A stretch of 48,736 nucleotides of DNA from Verrucomicrobiota bacterium (GTDB lineage Bacteria; Verrucomicrobiota; Verrucomicrobiia; Methylacidiphilales; Verrucolacustridaceae): positions 1 through 48,736 of the forward strand of contig RFMG01000115.1 of assembly GCA_009927835.1 (NCBI GenBank). Reading direction: 5' to 3'. Below, in pieces: positions 18,668-28,742 of this stretch. The notes beneath the pieces were generated by a model that saw only the letters and a list, made by a program, of their open reading frames with translations, was not told the DNA's origin and searched no databases. The translations under genes were made by a program, and so were the position numbers. Position 1 is the stretch's first letter. Each line of letters opens with the position of its first letter.

Positions 18668-20956
18668 GTGAATTTGCAGCCTTTTTGGTTGGCGGAGTCC
18701 ACCCCGCCGGACACCCACGCCCTCTTCCGCGCCAAGTTCCGTCTGGCCCGCACCGGCGAAGTCACCGTCTCTCTCGCCGGCGCCCACGCGTTTCGCACCT
18801 GGATCGACGGCACCCCCCTCGACGAGGGCCCTGCCCGCTTCCCCGACCGCCGGCCAGACTACGCCACCCACCGGATCGTGTTGGAGGCCGGCCCGCACGT
18901 GCTGGCATTCCACGCCCACCACCTTGGCGTGGAAACCCGCCTGCAGCAGGCCGCCACCCCTGCGTTTGTCGCGGCTGCCGTCACCTCGGGCCCAAAAAAA
19001 ATCCCCCTCCGCTGGCGCGCCTTCCGGGCCGAGGCCTACCAGCGCACCGGCCGCCGCCTGGGGTGCGTCCTCGGCTGGGTGGAGTGGTGCCAGACCGCGC
19101 AGCTCCCCGACGGCTGGCGGGAGGTGAACTATGCCGACGGCCGCTGGCCCCGGCCGCGCCGCCTGCGTCCTTCTCCGGCCTGGACCTGGCGCCCTGTGGA
19201 TCTGGGCCCCATCCGCCCGCGGGAAATTCCCGCCATCCGCATCGGCGAGGGATCCCTCGTCAACATGAGTCTCCTGCATCACGATCCCACCGCCGCCTTC
19301 GTCACCCGCACCCTCCACACCCACTCTCTGCCCGCGCAGGGACGATGGTTCCGCTGGGACCTGGGCCGGGTGTGCCTCATTCGCCCCCGCCTCCACCTCC
19401 GCCTGCCCCGCGGTTCCGTGGTTCAGGTCGCCTACGCCGAGTCCCTCACCCACGGACGGGTCAGCCCTTACCTTAAGACCGGGTCCGGGGAAAATTCCTG
19501 CATGCTCGACCATTGGGAAACCACCGGCGGCCCCCAGATTTTGGAACCCCTCCACCCCAAGGGGGCCCGCTTTGTGGAGGTGCACATCCTGGCCCCCTGC
19601 AAAAAAATCCCCGCGGGCACGACCCGGTTCTTTGAACGCACCGCCTACCCCGAACCTCCCACCGGCCAATTCCACTGCAGCGACCGTCTCCTCAACCGGA
19701 TTTGGCAGGTTGGGGTGACCACCCTGCGGGGCTGCGCCGAGGATGCCATCACCGACAACCCCCACCGCGAGCGTGGCCAGTGGCTGGGCGATGCGGTTGG
19801 GCCGGCCATGGATCTGATCGCGGCCGCTTACCATGACTGGCGGCCGCTGCGCCGGGGCCTCCGGCAGGCGGCGGAGTGCGCCGGTCCCGACGGGATGGTT
19901 CCCGGGGTCTTTCCCGGGGCGTGCCAGATGCTCCCTTCGTTTGCCCTCCAGTGGGTGGCCGCCATCCCCCGTTACCATCGCCTCACCGGGGACCTCACCC
20001 TGCTCCGGGATCTCTATCCTGCCGCAGAGCGCAACCTCCGCGCCTTCGCCCGGGACCGACAAGGTTGCGGCGTGCGCACCAACCCCGCCCGCTGGAATTT
20101 CATTGATTGGGGCTATCAGGGGGCCGCCACCGTGTTTGGCAACCGCCGAGACACCCCGCAGATCGATCCCGCCCTCAGCCTCCTCTATCTGGAAGCCGTC
20201 CAAGGCATGGCCGCATGGGCCCAGCAGGTCGGGCGCCGGAAACGGGCCGACCACTGGCGCCGGTTAGCTCAAACCATCGGAAGCTACTGGCGGGCCCGCC
20301 TTACCCGCACCCTCCGGAACGGCCGCGGGCCGAGCTACCACACCAGCGTCCTCGCCCTGCGCACCGGCGTGCTGCCCCCCTCCCGCCGCCCGGCGCTCGT
20401 CGCCGCCATCCGCCGCCACCTGCTCGCCTGTTTCCCGAATAACCCGCAGGCCGTCCGTTTGGACGCTCCCACCCTCGAATCCACCCAGGTGATCACTCCC
20501 TTTTTTCTCCACCACGCCCTGCCCGCCCTGATCCGCGAGGGACAGATGTCCTTTGTGCTGGAACAAATCCGCACCTGCTGGGGATGGTTTCTCTCCTGCG
20601 GCTTCACCACCTGGCCGGAGGTCTTCGATACCCGCTGGAGCCACTGCCACCAGTGGTCCGGTTGCCCCACCTGGATCCTTTCCCGCCACCTGCTCGGTCT
20701 GCATCCCCGCTTCGATCTCGGCTTTGGCCATTATGATCTGGAGATTCACCCCGGCGGCCAGACCCGCGTCTCCGGCACCATCCCTTTCCCCATGCGTCGG
20801 GGAGGCATCCGGCTGGCGTGGAAAAAAGTGGGCTCCACCGCCCGCGTCACCCTCGTGCCCGACCTCCCCGTCGTCATCCACCTCGGCCCGCAAACCCATC
20901 GCCTTCCCGCGGACCAACCCACCGTGCTGTCCGTGCCCCTGCGCCCGTCCGGCTGA
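18668..20956 (+). CDS. GH78 alpha-L-rhamnosidase (no obvious signal peptide)
   Basis: WDLGR, VAYAE, FHCSDRLLNRIW, DNPHRERGQWLGD, FIDW, TTWPE, SHCHQWS. Confidence 0.88.
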   Translation: MNLQPFWLAESTPPDTHALFRAKFRLARTGEVTVSLAGAHAFRTWIDGTPLDEGPARFPDRRPDYATHRIVLEAGPHVLAFHAHHLGVETRLQQAATPAFVAAAVTSGPKKIPLRWRAFRAEAYQRTGRRLGCVLGWVEWCQTAQLPDGWREVNYADGRWPRPRRLRPSPAWTWRPVDLGPIRPREIPAIRIGEGSLVNMSLLHHDPTAAFVTRTLHTHSLPAQGRWFRWDLGRVCLIRPRLHLRLPRGSVVQVAYAESLTHGRVSPYLKTGSGENSCMLDHWETTGGPQILEPLHPKGARFVEVHILAPCKKIPAGTTRFFERTAYPEPPTGQFHCSDRLLNRIWQVGVTTLRGCAEDAITDNPHRERGQWLGDAVGPAMDLIAAAYHDWRPLRRGLRQAAECAGPDGMVPGVFPGACQMLPSFALQWVAAIPRYHRLTGDLTLLRDLYPAAERNLRAFARDRQGCGVRTNPARWNFIDWGYQGAATVFGNRRDTPQIDPALSLLYLEAVQGMAAWAQQVGRRKRADHWRRLAQTIGSYWRARLTRTLRNGRGPSYHTSVLALRTGVLPPSRRPALVAAIRRHLLACFPNNPQAVRLDAPTLESTQVITPFFLHHALPALIREGQMSFVLEQIRTCWGWFLSCGFTTWPEVFDTRWSHCHQWSGCPTWILSRHLLGLHPRFDLGFGHYDLEIHPGGQTRVSGTIPFPMRRGGIRLAWKKVGSTARVTLVPDLPVVIHLGPQTHRLPADQPTVLSVPLRPSG

Positions 20957-21134
20957 ACCCTCGGCCCGGCTAGCCACCAACCCAAAAAAAGCTCCCCCTG
21001 GCCCGCTGGATTTTTTAAGATAGTATCCCATGGAAACGATCATTTCCTAAAGCCCCGCCCATGGCCCCCTTCCTCTCCCCGGCCGCGCTCGGCCCCTCCG
21101 CCCACCCCTCGTCTCCCCACCGACCCCTCCCGGG

Positions 21135-22295
21135 ATGAATCCTCTGCTCGGCGTATTTTTCCACTGGCTGGGCGGGTTCGCCTCCGGCTCTTTTTACGTC
21201 CCCTACCGCCGCGTGCGGCTCTGGTCTTGGGAAACCTACTGGCTGGTGGGCGGGTTCTTCTCCTGGATCCTCATGCCGATCCTGTTGGCCTCCCTCATGA
21301 CGCGGGACCTCCTCGCGGTCCTGCAGGCCCAGTCCTTCCCCACCCTTTTCTGGACCTATCTCTTCGGCGTTCTTTGGGGGGTTGGCGGTCTTACCTTCGG
21401 CCTGACCATGCGCTACCTCGGCCTCTCCCTCGGCATGGGCGTGGCCCTGGGCTACTGCGCCGCTTTCGGCACCCTGCTACCCCCCATCATGAAAATGTTC
21501 CTGCCCGAGGTGCCCGTGGATGAAAATATCGCCCAGATCGCCGCCACCCTTTCCGGACAGATCACCCTGGGCGGGGTCGCCGTCTGCCTCCTGGGCATCG
21601 CGGTGGCGGCCCTCGCCGGTTTGGTCAAGGAACGGGAGATGTCCGCGGCGGACAAGCAGAAGAGCATCGCCGAGTTCAACTTTCCCAAGGGCATCGCCCT
21701 CGCCACCTTCTCGGGCATCATGAGCGCCTGCTTTGCCTTTGCCCTGGCCGCCGCCCGCCCCGTCGGCGAATCCTCCCTGGCCGCCGGCACCGCCGTTCTC
21801 TGGACCGGCCTTCCCAAGCTGGTGGTGGTTTTGCTGGGCGGCTTCACCACCAACTTCCTTTGGTGCGCCTATCTCCACCGCAAAAACCGCAGCGCCTACC
21901 AGTACTTCGCCACCCAGCTCCGCCCGGAGCACGCCCTCGCGGGCGCACCCGCCGGCGAACACGGCTCCGCCGCCCCCGCCCTCCCCCCTCCGTCCTCCCT
22001 GCAGATTCCCGTGGCCTCCAACTATCTCTTCAGCGCTTTGGCGGGGATCACCTGGTATCTCCAGTTTTTTTTCTACACCATGGGGGAGACTCAGATGGGC
22101 CGATACGGCTTCGCCAGCTGGACCCTCCACATGGCCAGCATCATTATTTTCAGCACGATGTGGGGCTGGATCCTGCAGGAGTGGAAAGGGGCCAGCCGTC
22201 AGGCCCATCAACTCATTGGCTTGGGAATCTTTTTTCTGATCCTCTCCACCCTCATCATCGGGGTGGGCACTTGGCTGAAAGGCTCCCCGGCCTGA
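21135..22295 (+). CDS. rhaT: L-rhamnose/H+ symporter
   Basis: FHWLGGFASGSFYVPYRRVRLWSWETYW, GLTMRYLGLSLG, WYLQFFFYTMGETQMG, SWTLHMASII. Confidence 0.95.
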   Translation: MNPLLGVFFHWLGGFASGSFYVPYRRVRLWSWETYWLVGGFFSWILMPILLASLMTRDLLAVLQAQSFPTLFWTYLFGVLWGVGGLTFGLTMRYLGLSLGMGVALGYCAAFGTLLPPIMKMFLPEVPVDENIAQIAATLSGQITLGGVAVCLLGIAVAALAGLVKEREMSAADKQKSIAEFNFPKGIALATFSGIMSACFAFALAAARPVGESSLAAGTAVLWTGLPKLVVVLLGGFTTNFLWCAYLHRKNRSAYQYFATQLRPEHALAGAPAGEHGSAAPALPPPSSLQIPVASNYLFSALAGITWYLQFFFYTMGETQMGRYGFASWTLHMASIIIFSTMWGWILQEWKGASRQAHQLIGLGIFFLILSTLIIGVGTWLKGSPA

Positions 22296-22303
22296 AAGGC
22301 GCG

Positions 22304-22326
22304 GGGCGGGGGTTTCCCCCCGCCCG
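22304..22326. terminator. GC-rich hairpin between convergent rhaT and PEP-CTERM genes
   Basis: GGGCGGGGG-TTTC-CCCCCGCCC stem-loop; no U-tract. Confidence 0.5.
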
Positions 22327-22344
22327 CAGGCGACGGAAACCTGA

Positions 22345-23232
22345 TTAGGCGCGCCGGCTTCTCAGCGCGAGCATTCCCACCAAACCGGCGGCGAGACAGG
22401 CGAAGGCGGAAGGTTCGGGAACCGCGGTGACGGTGAAGTTGTCGAACCCAGCGTAACCGCTCATGCCCCCGGCAGAGGAGGTGTAAACCCCCGCGTGCTG
22501 GATGTTGCCCGAGGCGGCGGTGAAGAGGTTGACGCCGGAGGCCAGGGAGCTGTAGTCCGCGGAAGAACCTTCCAGCGTGATGTCGCTGATCGCACCGGTG
22601 ATCGTGTTGATCTTGTAGCTCAGATCGTACCAAGCGGTGGAGTTGAAAGTACCCCCATAAGCCACCGCCGTCTTGAGCAGGGAGCCGCTGTCAAAAAATC
22701 CGCTGGCGTTGGGATCATGGACAAAATTCAGACGCCCCGCCGTGTCCAGCACCAGCCCGGTGAAAAAGGCCTGGGAGAATTGACCGCCGGTGGCGTTCTT
22801 AAAAAAGCCCAGCCCAAGACCCCGCCCGCCGTCCGCGGAACCGACAGGACCCCCACCCAATTGCTCCATGCCGATCGACGCCGAGATGGTCAGGAGGTTG
22901 GTTGGCAGGCTGTTCAGATCGCCCAGGGATACGGATCCACTGTTTTGGCTTTGGCCCCAAGCGCTGGGGGCACCATCGCCGAAGGAAGTGGTTGTATACA
23001 AACCACCGGTATTGTTTCCTGCTGACCACACGGATCCAACCGGGTGGACGTTGCTGGGTGCAGCTCCGGTGAGACTACCATCACCTCGCAGGCTGAAATC
23101 GTCTTTGATGAGGATTTGCGCGGAAAGGCGATTGGCTGTCAGCAGACATAATCCGAGACAGAAAATTGCCACGGTTGCACGAAAGGTTTGGTTGGAGGTT
23201 TTGTTGATAGTTTGGTTCATAGTTTGGTTCAT
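22345..23232 (-). CDS. PEP-CTERM sorting-domain surface protein
   Basis: Signal peptide, Gly/Ser/Thr-rich body, C-terminus AVPEPSAFACLAAGLVGMLALRSRRA. Confidence 0.92.
   Translation of the reverse strand: MNQTMNQTINKTSNQTFRATVAIFCLGLCLLTANRLSAQILIKDDFSLRGDGSLTGAAPSNVHPVGSVWSAGNNTGGLYTTTSFGDGAPSAWGQSQNSGSVSLGDLNSLPTNLLTISASIGMEQLGGGPVGSADGGRGLGLGFFKNATGGQFSQAFFTGLVLDTAGRLNFVHDPNASGFFDSGSLLKTAVAYGGTFNSTAWYDLSYKINTITGAISDITLEGSSADYSSLASGVNLFTAASGNIQHAGVYTSSAGGMSGYAGFDNFTVTAVPEPSAFACLAAGLVGMLALRSRRA
23185..23232 (-). repeat. 12-bp imperfect tandem repeat (x4) at the 5' end of the PEP-CTERM gene
   Basis: ATGAACCAAACT ATGAACCAAACT ATCAACAAAACC TCCAACCAAACC encodes MNQT MNQT INKT SNQT. Confidence 0.8.
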
Positions 23233-23250
23233 ATTTTTTCTCCTATTTGG

Positions 23251-23279
23251 AAATTACCATACGCATTAAGAAAAATCAA
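23251..23279 (-). promoter_or_regulatory. sigma70-like promoter of the PEP-CTERM gene
   Basis: TTGATT-17-TAATTT followed by an AGGAG Shine-Dalgarno; AT-rich upstream region. Confidence 0.6.
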
Positions 23280-23462
23280 GGGAATTTTTTATTTTTTATG
23301 GCTTTCTATCCAAATTTCTTTTTGGGGTAAAATTTGCATATAAAGCACTTTGCATTAATTATTTATAATAAAAAAATTACCCTCCATGGCCGATCGATCA
23401 GGGCCTCGAGGGGGTGACTACCCGGAGGAGCACTGCCCTCGGTCCCTTGGGCGTGTCAGGAT

Positions 23463-23484
23463 AAAAAGTTGCTTCGAAAGCAAC
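23463..23484 (-). terminator. Rho-independent terminator after the 1696-aa gene
   Basis: GTTGCTT/AAGCAAC stem followed on the minus strand by TTTTT. Confidence 0.65.
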
Positions 23485-23511
23485 GCTCACCCAAAAAATC
23501 CATCAAGCGAC

Positions 23512-26500
23512 TCACGGGGCGGTGGCACCCGCCACACGGTAGAACTTTTTCGTGCCCGGGCTCACCGTGAACTGGCGGCGGACATAGTCGGTCGGGTTGG
23601 CCAACCCGCTCTGGTCAGCCGCATCCGCCAGACTGGTCTGGGCCTCGGTATCCGCAGCCCAGCTGGCGCCCGCCAGGCTGGCCACGCTCTGGATGGTGTA
23701 GGTCGCATCCGTTCGCCTTGCCACGAAGGTGAAGAGAATCTGCGAGCCCGAACGCGTGGCCGTCAGGAATCCAGCGGATCCAGCGGTGGGATTTCCTCCA
23801 AAGAGGAACTCCTGGTGGTTGCTCCAGCCGTCCCCGTCCGGATCGGCCGTGCCCGCGGTATTGCTCAGGCCGGGATAAAGGGCCAGCCAAGCGTCATACG
23901 GATCGACCGCCCCGCGGGTGATCTGAATTTGCAGGGAAAGCGGGCTGCTGGACCCACCGGCGTTCGTCGCCGTCAGGGTCACCGCCCGGTCCTCCGCCTG
24001 GGTGGGCGTTCCGCTGATTACGCCCGTGTTGCTGTTGAAAGAGAGGCCGGCAGGGAGAGCCCCGGTGATCTGATAGGTCGTCGGGTAGGTGGCGGGGCTG
24101 GGGCTGACCGTGGAAGTATAGAGAAAAGGCACTCCCACCGTCCCCGTGAGAATGCCACCGGCACTGGTGAAGGTCGGGGCACTGGGCAGGGAAGCGTCCT
24201 GAATGCGGACATCATCCACATAGGAGGAGCGATCTTGCACGTCATCGGGCAGCGTGGAGACAAAGGCCAGCGTCATCGTGCGGTTCCGCGCGGTGAACTG
24301 ACCCACGTAGGGTGTGTACGCGTCCATCGGCGGCTCCACCACATTCAACCCAGAAAGGCTGATCCGCTGTCCATCCATCCACACCTCAAAGGGGTTGGCT
24401 TGGCCGGTTATGGCACGCCCCAAGGCAAAAAAGCTGAGATTATAACTTTTGCCGACCTCCAGACCCGAAATCACCTGCTCAAGCCCGCCGGCTCCCTTAA
24501 GCAGGGCGGCCTGGCTGCCCTCCGGCGCGTTGGAATTGCCATATATGCTGCCGTTGCCGACCAGCCCTCCGCCGAAAACCGGATTGCTCACCCGCTTGAT
24601 GGCGGTCCAACCCGTGGCGGTGCTGCCCTCCGTGAAGCCATTGCCCAAGTACGGCCATTCGAAGCCGCCGCCGCTCACCAGATCCAGTCCCCCCAGCCCC
24701 GTCGGCGAGCCGAAAACATCCAGCTCACGATACATTGAATGGCCGTAGATGGTGCCGTTTTTGAAGATAAAGCGGATCTCGGCCACGCCGCTGGCCAAGG
24801 TGCCGGTATTCAAGCCGCCGCTTCCGCTAAAGGCCGTCACCGTCACCTGCGCGCTGCTGGTGCCACTGGAGACAGGACGGTGGTCCACCGAAACGAGCGG
24901 GACAAAGGCTCCCGCCGGCGCGCCCACCTTGCGAACTTCCACGTCATAGCGCTGGCCGAAACGGTTTTCATTCCAGCTGGTGGTGCTGACAATCTTGGCG
25001 ATGTTATAGCCCCGCGGACTTGCGCCGGTGTTGAGCGTGTAGGTGATCACATCTCCCAGCTGGCAGGTGGCCGAGGGGGCGGCCTGAGTGCCTGGCGTGC
25101 CGAACTGTCCGTCCGTCAACTTGGCCAGACCCCCGCAGCCCTCCAAGGTGAAGTTCCCCACCGCGTTGGTCGCCACCGCGCTGGTCTGGAGGAGATCGGT
25201 GTTGCTGACCGCATAGTCCGCGGAACTCATTTCCTTGCGGAGGTAAGTGTAAAACGGGTCACTTCCGCCGAACTCCGTGGTGCGCAGTTGGCCGGTTGCC
25301 TGGCTGAATTCATAAACCCGGTCATTGCTCGGCCGCCGCCAGGTGCCGTCGCCCATCGAGAAGAAACCCAGCACCTGGAACTCCGGTCCGTAGGTGCGCG
25401 GCCCATTCGTCGTCACAATTTGCCAGGTATTGGGATAGCCGTTGCCCGCGGCGGAGAGGTCAAAAGACAGGGAACCCAGCAGGGTTACCGTCCCCGCCCC
25501 GCGGATGGCATTGTTGGTGCCGTCGCCCCGAATCTTGAACTGCTGGATACCGGTGGCGGCCAATTCCAAGGTCCCGGCGTTGACCTGCGTGTCCCCCGTG
25601 TAGCTGTTGACCCCCGCCATGGTCACCTTCCCCGCCCCGGTCTTGATCACTCCCCCCGTTTCGTTCCCGTCCTGCACGCTGCCGCGGAGGAGAAGATCGC
25701 CGGCGGCCGCCACGTCGAGGGTCAGGGAGTTGCCCGCCCCAAGGCGCAGATCCAAGTTGGCGTCCACCACGGCGGGGGTGGACGAAGCCAGCGTGCGGAG
25801 CACGGGGTTGGCCGAAACATTGCCGTTGCCGTGGTAAAGATCCAGGTCCCGATCCCCCAATTGGCGGATCGAACCCCCCGTCATGGTGATGGTCTGGGCG
25901 GCGGTTCCCCCGGTGTTGTTGGCCCCCACCACCAGGGATCCGCCGTCAATGGTGATACTGGTGACCGAATTGGCGGTGTTGCCGGTGTAACCGAGCGACC
26001 ACGCCTCGTTGAGATAGACCGTGGCCCCGGAGCGAATGGTCACATTCCCGGCGAGGAAACCTTCTCCTCCGGGGGGCACGCCGGAAAAAGTCAGGGTGCC
26101 GGCCACCACCTCGGTCCCGCCGGTGTGACGGGCCAGGCCGTTCAGGGTCAGCATCTGGTCACCGGTTTTGCGCAGCGCGCCGGTGCCGCTGAGGGCTCCA
26201 CCGACAAACAGGTTGCCGGCCGTGGCCGCGAAGGTGTTGGTGCCGGACAAGGTCATCCCGTGAAAGATGGTTTGCGTCCGGGTGCTGGCGTTGGTGATGT
26301 CGCCGGCCAGCACGATGGGCGAGCCCAGCAGGGTGAAGGCTCCCGCGCTCGGGGCGAATTTCAGCCCCGCGACGGTCGGGGCCGGCTCGTCCAGCTGGTA
26401 CGCCGTGGGGGCGCCCGCCCCGCCGTAGGAACCGGCGAAGATGAGCGGCAGGCTCAGGTTCGGCAGAGCATCCCCCACCCAGTTGGCCGCCGTGGACCAC

Positions 26501-28602
26501 GAGTCATCGGCCAATCCCGCGCCGCCATCCCAGGTGTTGCTCAGCGCCGGGCCGGTGACCGTCTGGGGTCCAGGCGCACTCGGTAGCGTGGCCGTGCGGA
26601 GGGAGGGATCGCGCAACATCCGCCCGGCTTCGTAGGTCAGCCGCAGATACCAGTCGGAAGGCACCGCGATGCCATCCGCATCCAGATTGACCCAGTTGCC
26701 CACCGTGGGCGCCTGCGCGGCGTTTTCGGCCACCTTGTAGATGGCGGTCGCCTCGTCCACCTCGTCGAACATGGCCACGTAAATCATGTCGCTGCCGGCA
26801 TCGACGGCATTGAAGATCTGCCGCCAGAAGAAGGAACCGCCATTGCGCGGAATCTGGTTGAGGGTGCCGCCGGTGAGGTTTTTCCAGGAAAATCCGGGCC
26901 AGACCACGGTGCCATAGGCACGCCCGGCGGTTTGGGCGGCCGCGATATCGGGCACGATCCGGGTGGTCTTCCAATTGTCCGCCTGCGTGTTGTTGTTGTA
27001 GCGCCCCACCGTCCACGGGCTGATCACATCGTAGGAGCGGTAGACGTTGGCCCAGGCCGTGCCGCTGCGGGAGTCACCCCACCCTTCCTGCGTGCGCCAT
27101 TGCGCCGGAACCCCGCCCATGACGGAGGCCCGGTATTTGGCCGGCGCCCCGGACTGGAACCAGTTGATCAGGGCCTGCGCCTCGGCGGCGTCCGCGGGGA
27201 CGCGGTCGGTGAAGCCCATGCCCCAGATGCCGACCAAGGGTTTGCCGTTTTCCTGCAGATAACGCCCGCCGCGGGTCAGGCCCCGGTCGACCAATGACAT
27301 CCAGTCGTTCTTAAGGTTGTTGACCCAATCCGGCCCCTCGGTGCTGCCGGAAATGTCATACATCACGGCGAAGACCCGGCCGTATTCCTGACAACCGTTC
27401 TTGATGCTCCACAGCACCTTGTTGAGTTGCTGCTGGTAGGAGAGGTCGCCGTTGGGGCGGTGATCCACCAGGAAGCGCTGGACGAAGACACCGTCGATCC
27501 CGTACTCCTGCATCCAACGGACGTGGCGGCGCACCGTCTTCGGGTTGCTGGCGGAGTAGAGGGGCGCGAGGTTGGTGCTCGTGCCGATGGCCATGGCCGT
27601 GGGAAAGAGTTCGTCCCCGTCGAACTCCCGCAGGTCCGGATACATGTCCACCCGCAGGTTGGTGCCATTGGGCTTGGCGTGGTCGGTGGGGGTGGTGCCG
27701 TCGTCTTCGAAGCCCGCCTTGCCCCAGTGGATCCAGCGCGAATCGCCGGTGATGGGGGCGGTGAACCAGCCTTGGTATCCGGCCATCACCTTCCCGCGCG
27801 CGGTGGAGGGATCCACCGCCGCGACGACGGGGGCGAGGGCCGGGGAGACCTTGACGGTGAAGTTATCCATCCTCCCTTGGGTGGGGCCCCACTTGCCGAA
27901 ACCCACCCAGGAAATCGGATCGGAGCTATCCGGATTGAAATTTCCCCCGCCGTATTGCGTGGAGAAGACGAGATTCCCGTTGAGGCGAAACTCAATGACC
28001 CACAGATCGGCGTTCGGGCTGGTGTTATCGAGCACGATTTCCATCCGGCCAGAGGTGGCGTTGAGATTGCGGCTGGCATTACCCTGCAGGGTGCCCCAAC
28101 TGAGGAACTGCGCATCCCCGTTTTCCCGCAGCAGAAACATGGCACTGTAAGCACTGGCCAACCCGCGGTTTTCCCCCGGCAAGGTGGCCCCGCGCGCCAG
28201 ACAAAGCCCGTACCAGTGTTCTCCAGCGGGGTTTCCGGGATTTAACTGGACATCCAGGCCAACGATGTTTTTCCGGCCTGCAACCACCCGGAAAGGAAGA
28301 TAAAAAGAAGGCAGTGCATCACCCGTCACGGTGCCGTTGGCTTTGATCTGATCGGTCTGGCTGGCCGTGTCGTTGGAGACAAACACCTCGTCGGAGGGTC
28401 GGATATCCGGGGCTTGGCCCAAGACGCTGTTGGTCGCAGACCCGCTAAAACTGTAATGGTAAACAACCGTTTCGGAGGCTTCGGCGGACGGCAGGATGCC
28501 CAACACCAAACCCACCCATCCGCTGAGGAGAGCTAGGCGTAAGGTTTGGGAAAGAGGTAAGCCTTTAGCCTCGGGGACATTTTTGTAACTATGGCCCTCC
28601 AT
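23512..28602 (-). CDS. Large secreted modular glycoside hydrolase: novel N-domain, GH99/GH71-like domain, autotransporter-associated beta-strand repeats, beta-sandwich domains, Ig-like domain, DPDGDG..FYRV terminal module
   Basis: GKVMAGYQGWF, WMQEYGIDGVFVQRF, VISPWTVGRY, PGFSW.NL, YVAMFDEVDEATAI (GH99/71-like); LRKTGDQMLTL..HTGGTEV and VIKTGAGKVTMAGVNSYTGDT (passenger repeats); LPAGLSFNSNTGVISGTPT (Ig). Confidence 0.85.
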   Translation of the reverse strand: MEGHSYKNVPEAKGLPLSQTLRLALLSGWVGLVLGILPSAEASETVVYHYSFSGSATNSVLGQAPDIRPSDEVFVSNDTASQTDQIKANGTVTGDALPSFYLPFRVVAGRKNIVGLDVQLNPGNPAGEHWYGLCLARGATLPGENRGLASAYSAMFLLRENGDAQFLSWGTLQGNASRNLNATSGRMEIVLDNTSPNADLWVIEFRLNGNLVFSTQYGGGNFNPDSSDPISWVGFGKWGPTQGRMDNFTVKVSPALAPVVAAVDPSTARGKVMAGYQGWFTAPITGDSRWIHWGKAGFEDDGTTPTDHAKPNGTNLRVDMYPDLREFDGDELFPTAMAIGTSTNLAPLYSASNPKTVRRHVRWMQEYGIDGVFVQRFLVDHRPNGDLSYQQQLNKVLWSIKNGCQEYGRVFAVMYDISGSTEGPDWVNNLKNDWMSLVDRGLTRGGRYLQENGKPLVGIWGMGFTDRVPADAAEAQALINWFQSGAPAKYRASVMGGVPAQWRTQEGWGDSRSGTAWANVYRSYDVISPWTVGRYNNNTQADNWKTTRIVPDIAAAQTAGRAYGTVVWPGFSWKNLTGGTLNQIPRNGGSFFWRQIFNAVDAGSDMIYVAMFDEVDEATAIYKVAENAAQAPTVGNWVNLDADGIAVPSDWYLRLTYEAGRMLRDPSLRTATLPSAPGPQTVTGPALSNTWDGGAGLADDSWSTAANWVGDALPNLSLPLIFAGSYGGAGAPTAYQLDEPAPTVAGLKFAPSAGAFTLLGSPIVLAGDITNASTRTQTIFHGMTLSGTNTFAATAGNLFVGGALSGTGALRKTGDQMLTLNGLARHTGGTEVVAGTLTFSGVPPGGEGFLAGNVTIRSGATVYLNEAWSLGYTGNTANSVTSITIDGGSLVVGANNTGGTAAQTITMTGGSIRQLGDRDLDLYHGNGNVSANPVLRTLASSTPAVVDANLDLRLGAGNSLTLDVAAAGDLLLRGSVQDGNETGGVIKTGAGKVTMAGVNSYTGDTQVNAGTLELAATGIQQFKIRGDGTNNAIRGAGTVTLLGSLSFDLSAAGNGYPNTWQIVTTNGPRTYGPEFQVLGFFSMGDGTWRRPSNDRVYEFSQATGQLRTTEFGGSDPFYTYLRKEMSSADYAVSNTDLLQTSAVATNAVGNFTLEGCGGLAKLTDGQFGTPGTQAAPSATCQLGDVITYTLNTGASPRGYNIAKIVSTTSWNENRFGQRYDVEVRKVGAPAGAFVPLVSVDHRPVSSGTSSAQVTVTAFSGSGGLNTGTLASGVAEIRFIFKNGTIYGHSMYRELDVFGSPTGLGGLDLVSGGGFEWPYLGNGFTEGSTATGWTAIKRVSNPVFGGGLVGNGSIYGNSNAPEGSQAALLKGAGGLEQVISGLEVGKSYNLSFFALGRAITGQANPFEVWMDGQRISLSGLNVVEPPMDAYTPYVGQFTARNRTMTLAFVSTLPDDVQDRSSYVDDVRIQDASLPSAPTFTSAGGILTGTVGVPFLYTSTVSPSPATYPTTYQITGALPAGLSFNSNTGVISGTPTQAEDRAVTLTATNAGGSSSPLSLQIQITRGAVDPYDAWLALYPGLSNTAGTADPDGDGWSNHQEFLFGGNPTAGSAGFLTATRSGSQILFTFVARRTDATYTIQSVASLAGASWAADTEAQTSLADAADQSGLANPTDYVRRQFTVSPGTKKFYRVAGATAP

Positions 28603-28608
28603 ATAATC

Positions 28609-28636
28609 ACTTTATCTGCCATCCCCTTTTTGTCAA
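28609..28636 (-). promoter_or_regulatory. sigma70-like promoter, probably leaderless transcript
   Basis: TTGACA-16-TAAAGT, then 6 nt to ATG 28602. Confidence 0.6.
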
Positions 28637-28742
28637 GGGTCAGATGATCATAAAGATAACTTTGCGTCACCAGTTCCTGCTTGCCCATCAGCCGGTCAGG
28701 TGGGGGGATTGTCTCTCCTTAAGCCCTCCCCTCTCTCGCGCG

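Noticed and set aside
18566-20254. 560-aa N-terminal extension of track ORF 16328..20254
   Set aside because: Antisense shadow of the GH78 gene; the true start with signal peptide is at 18565.
23448-23460. GGGCGTGTCA resembling an IS5-family terminal repeat
   Set aside because: No partner repeat or transposase found.
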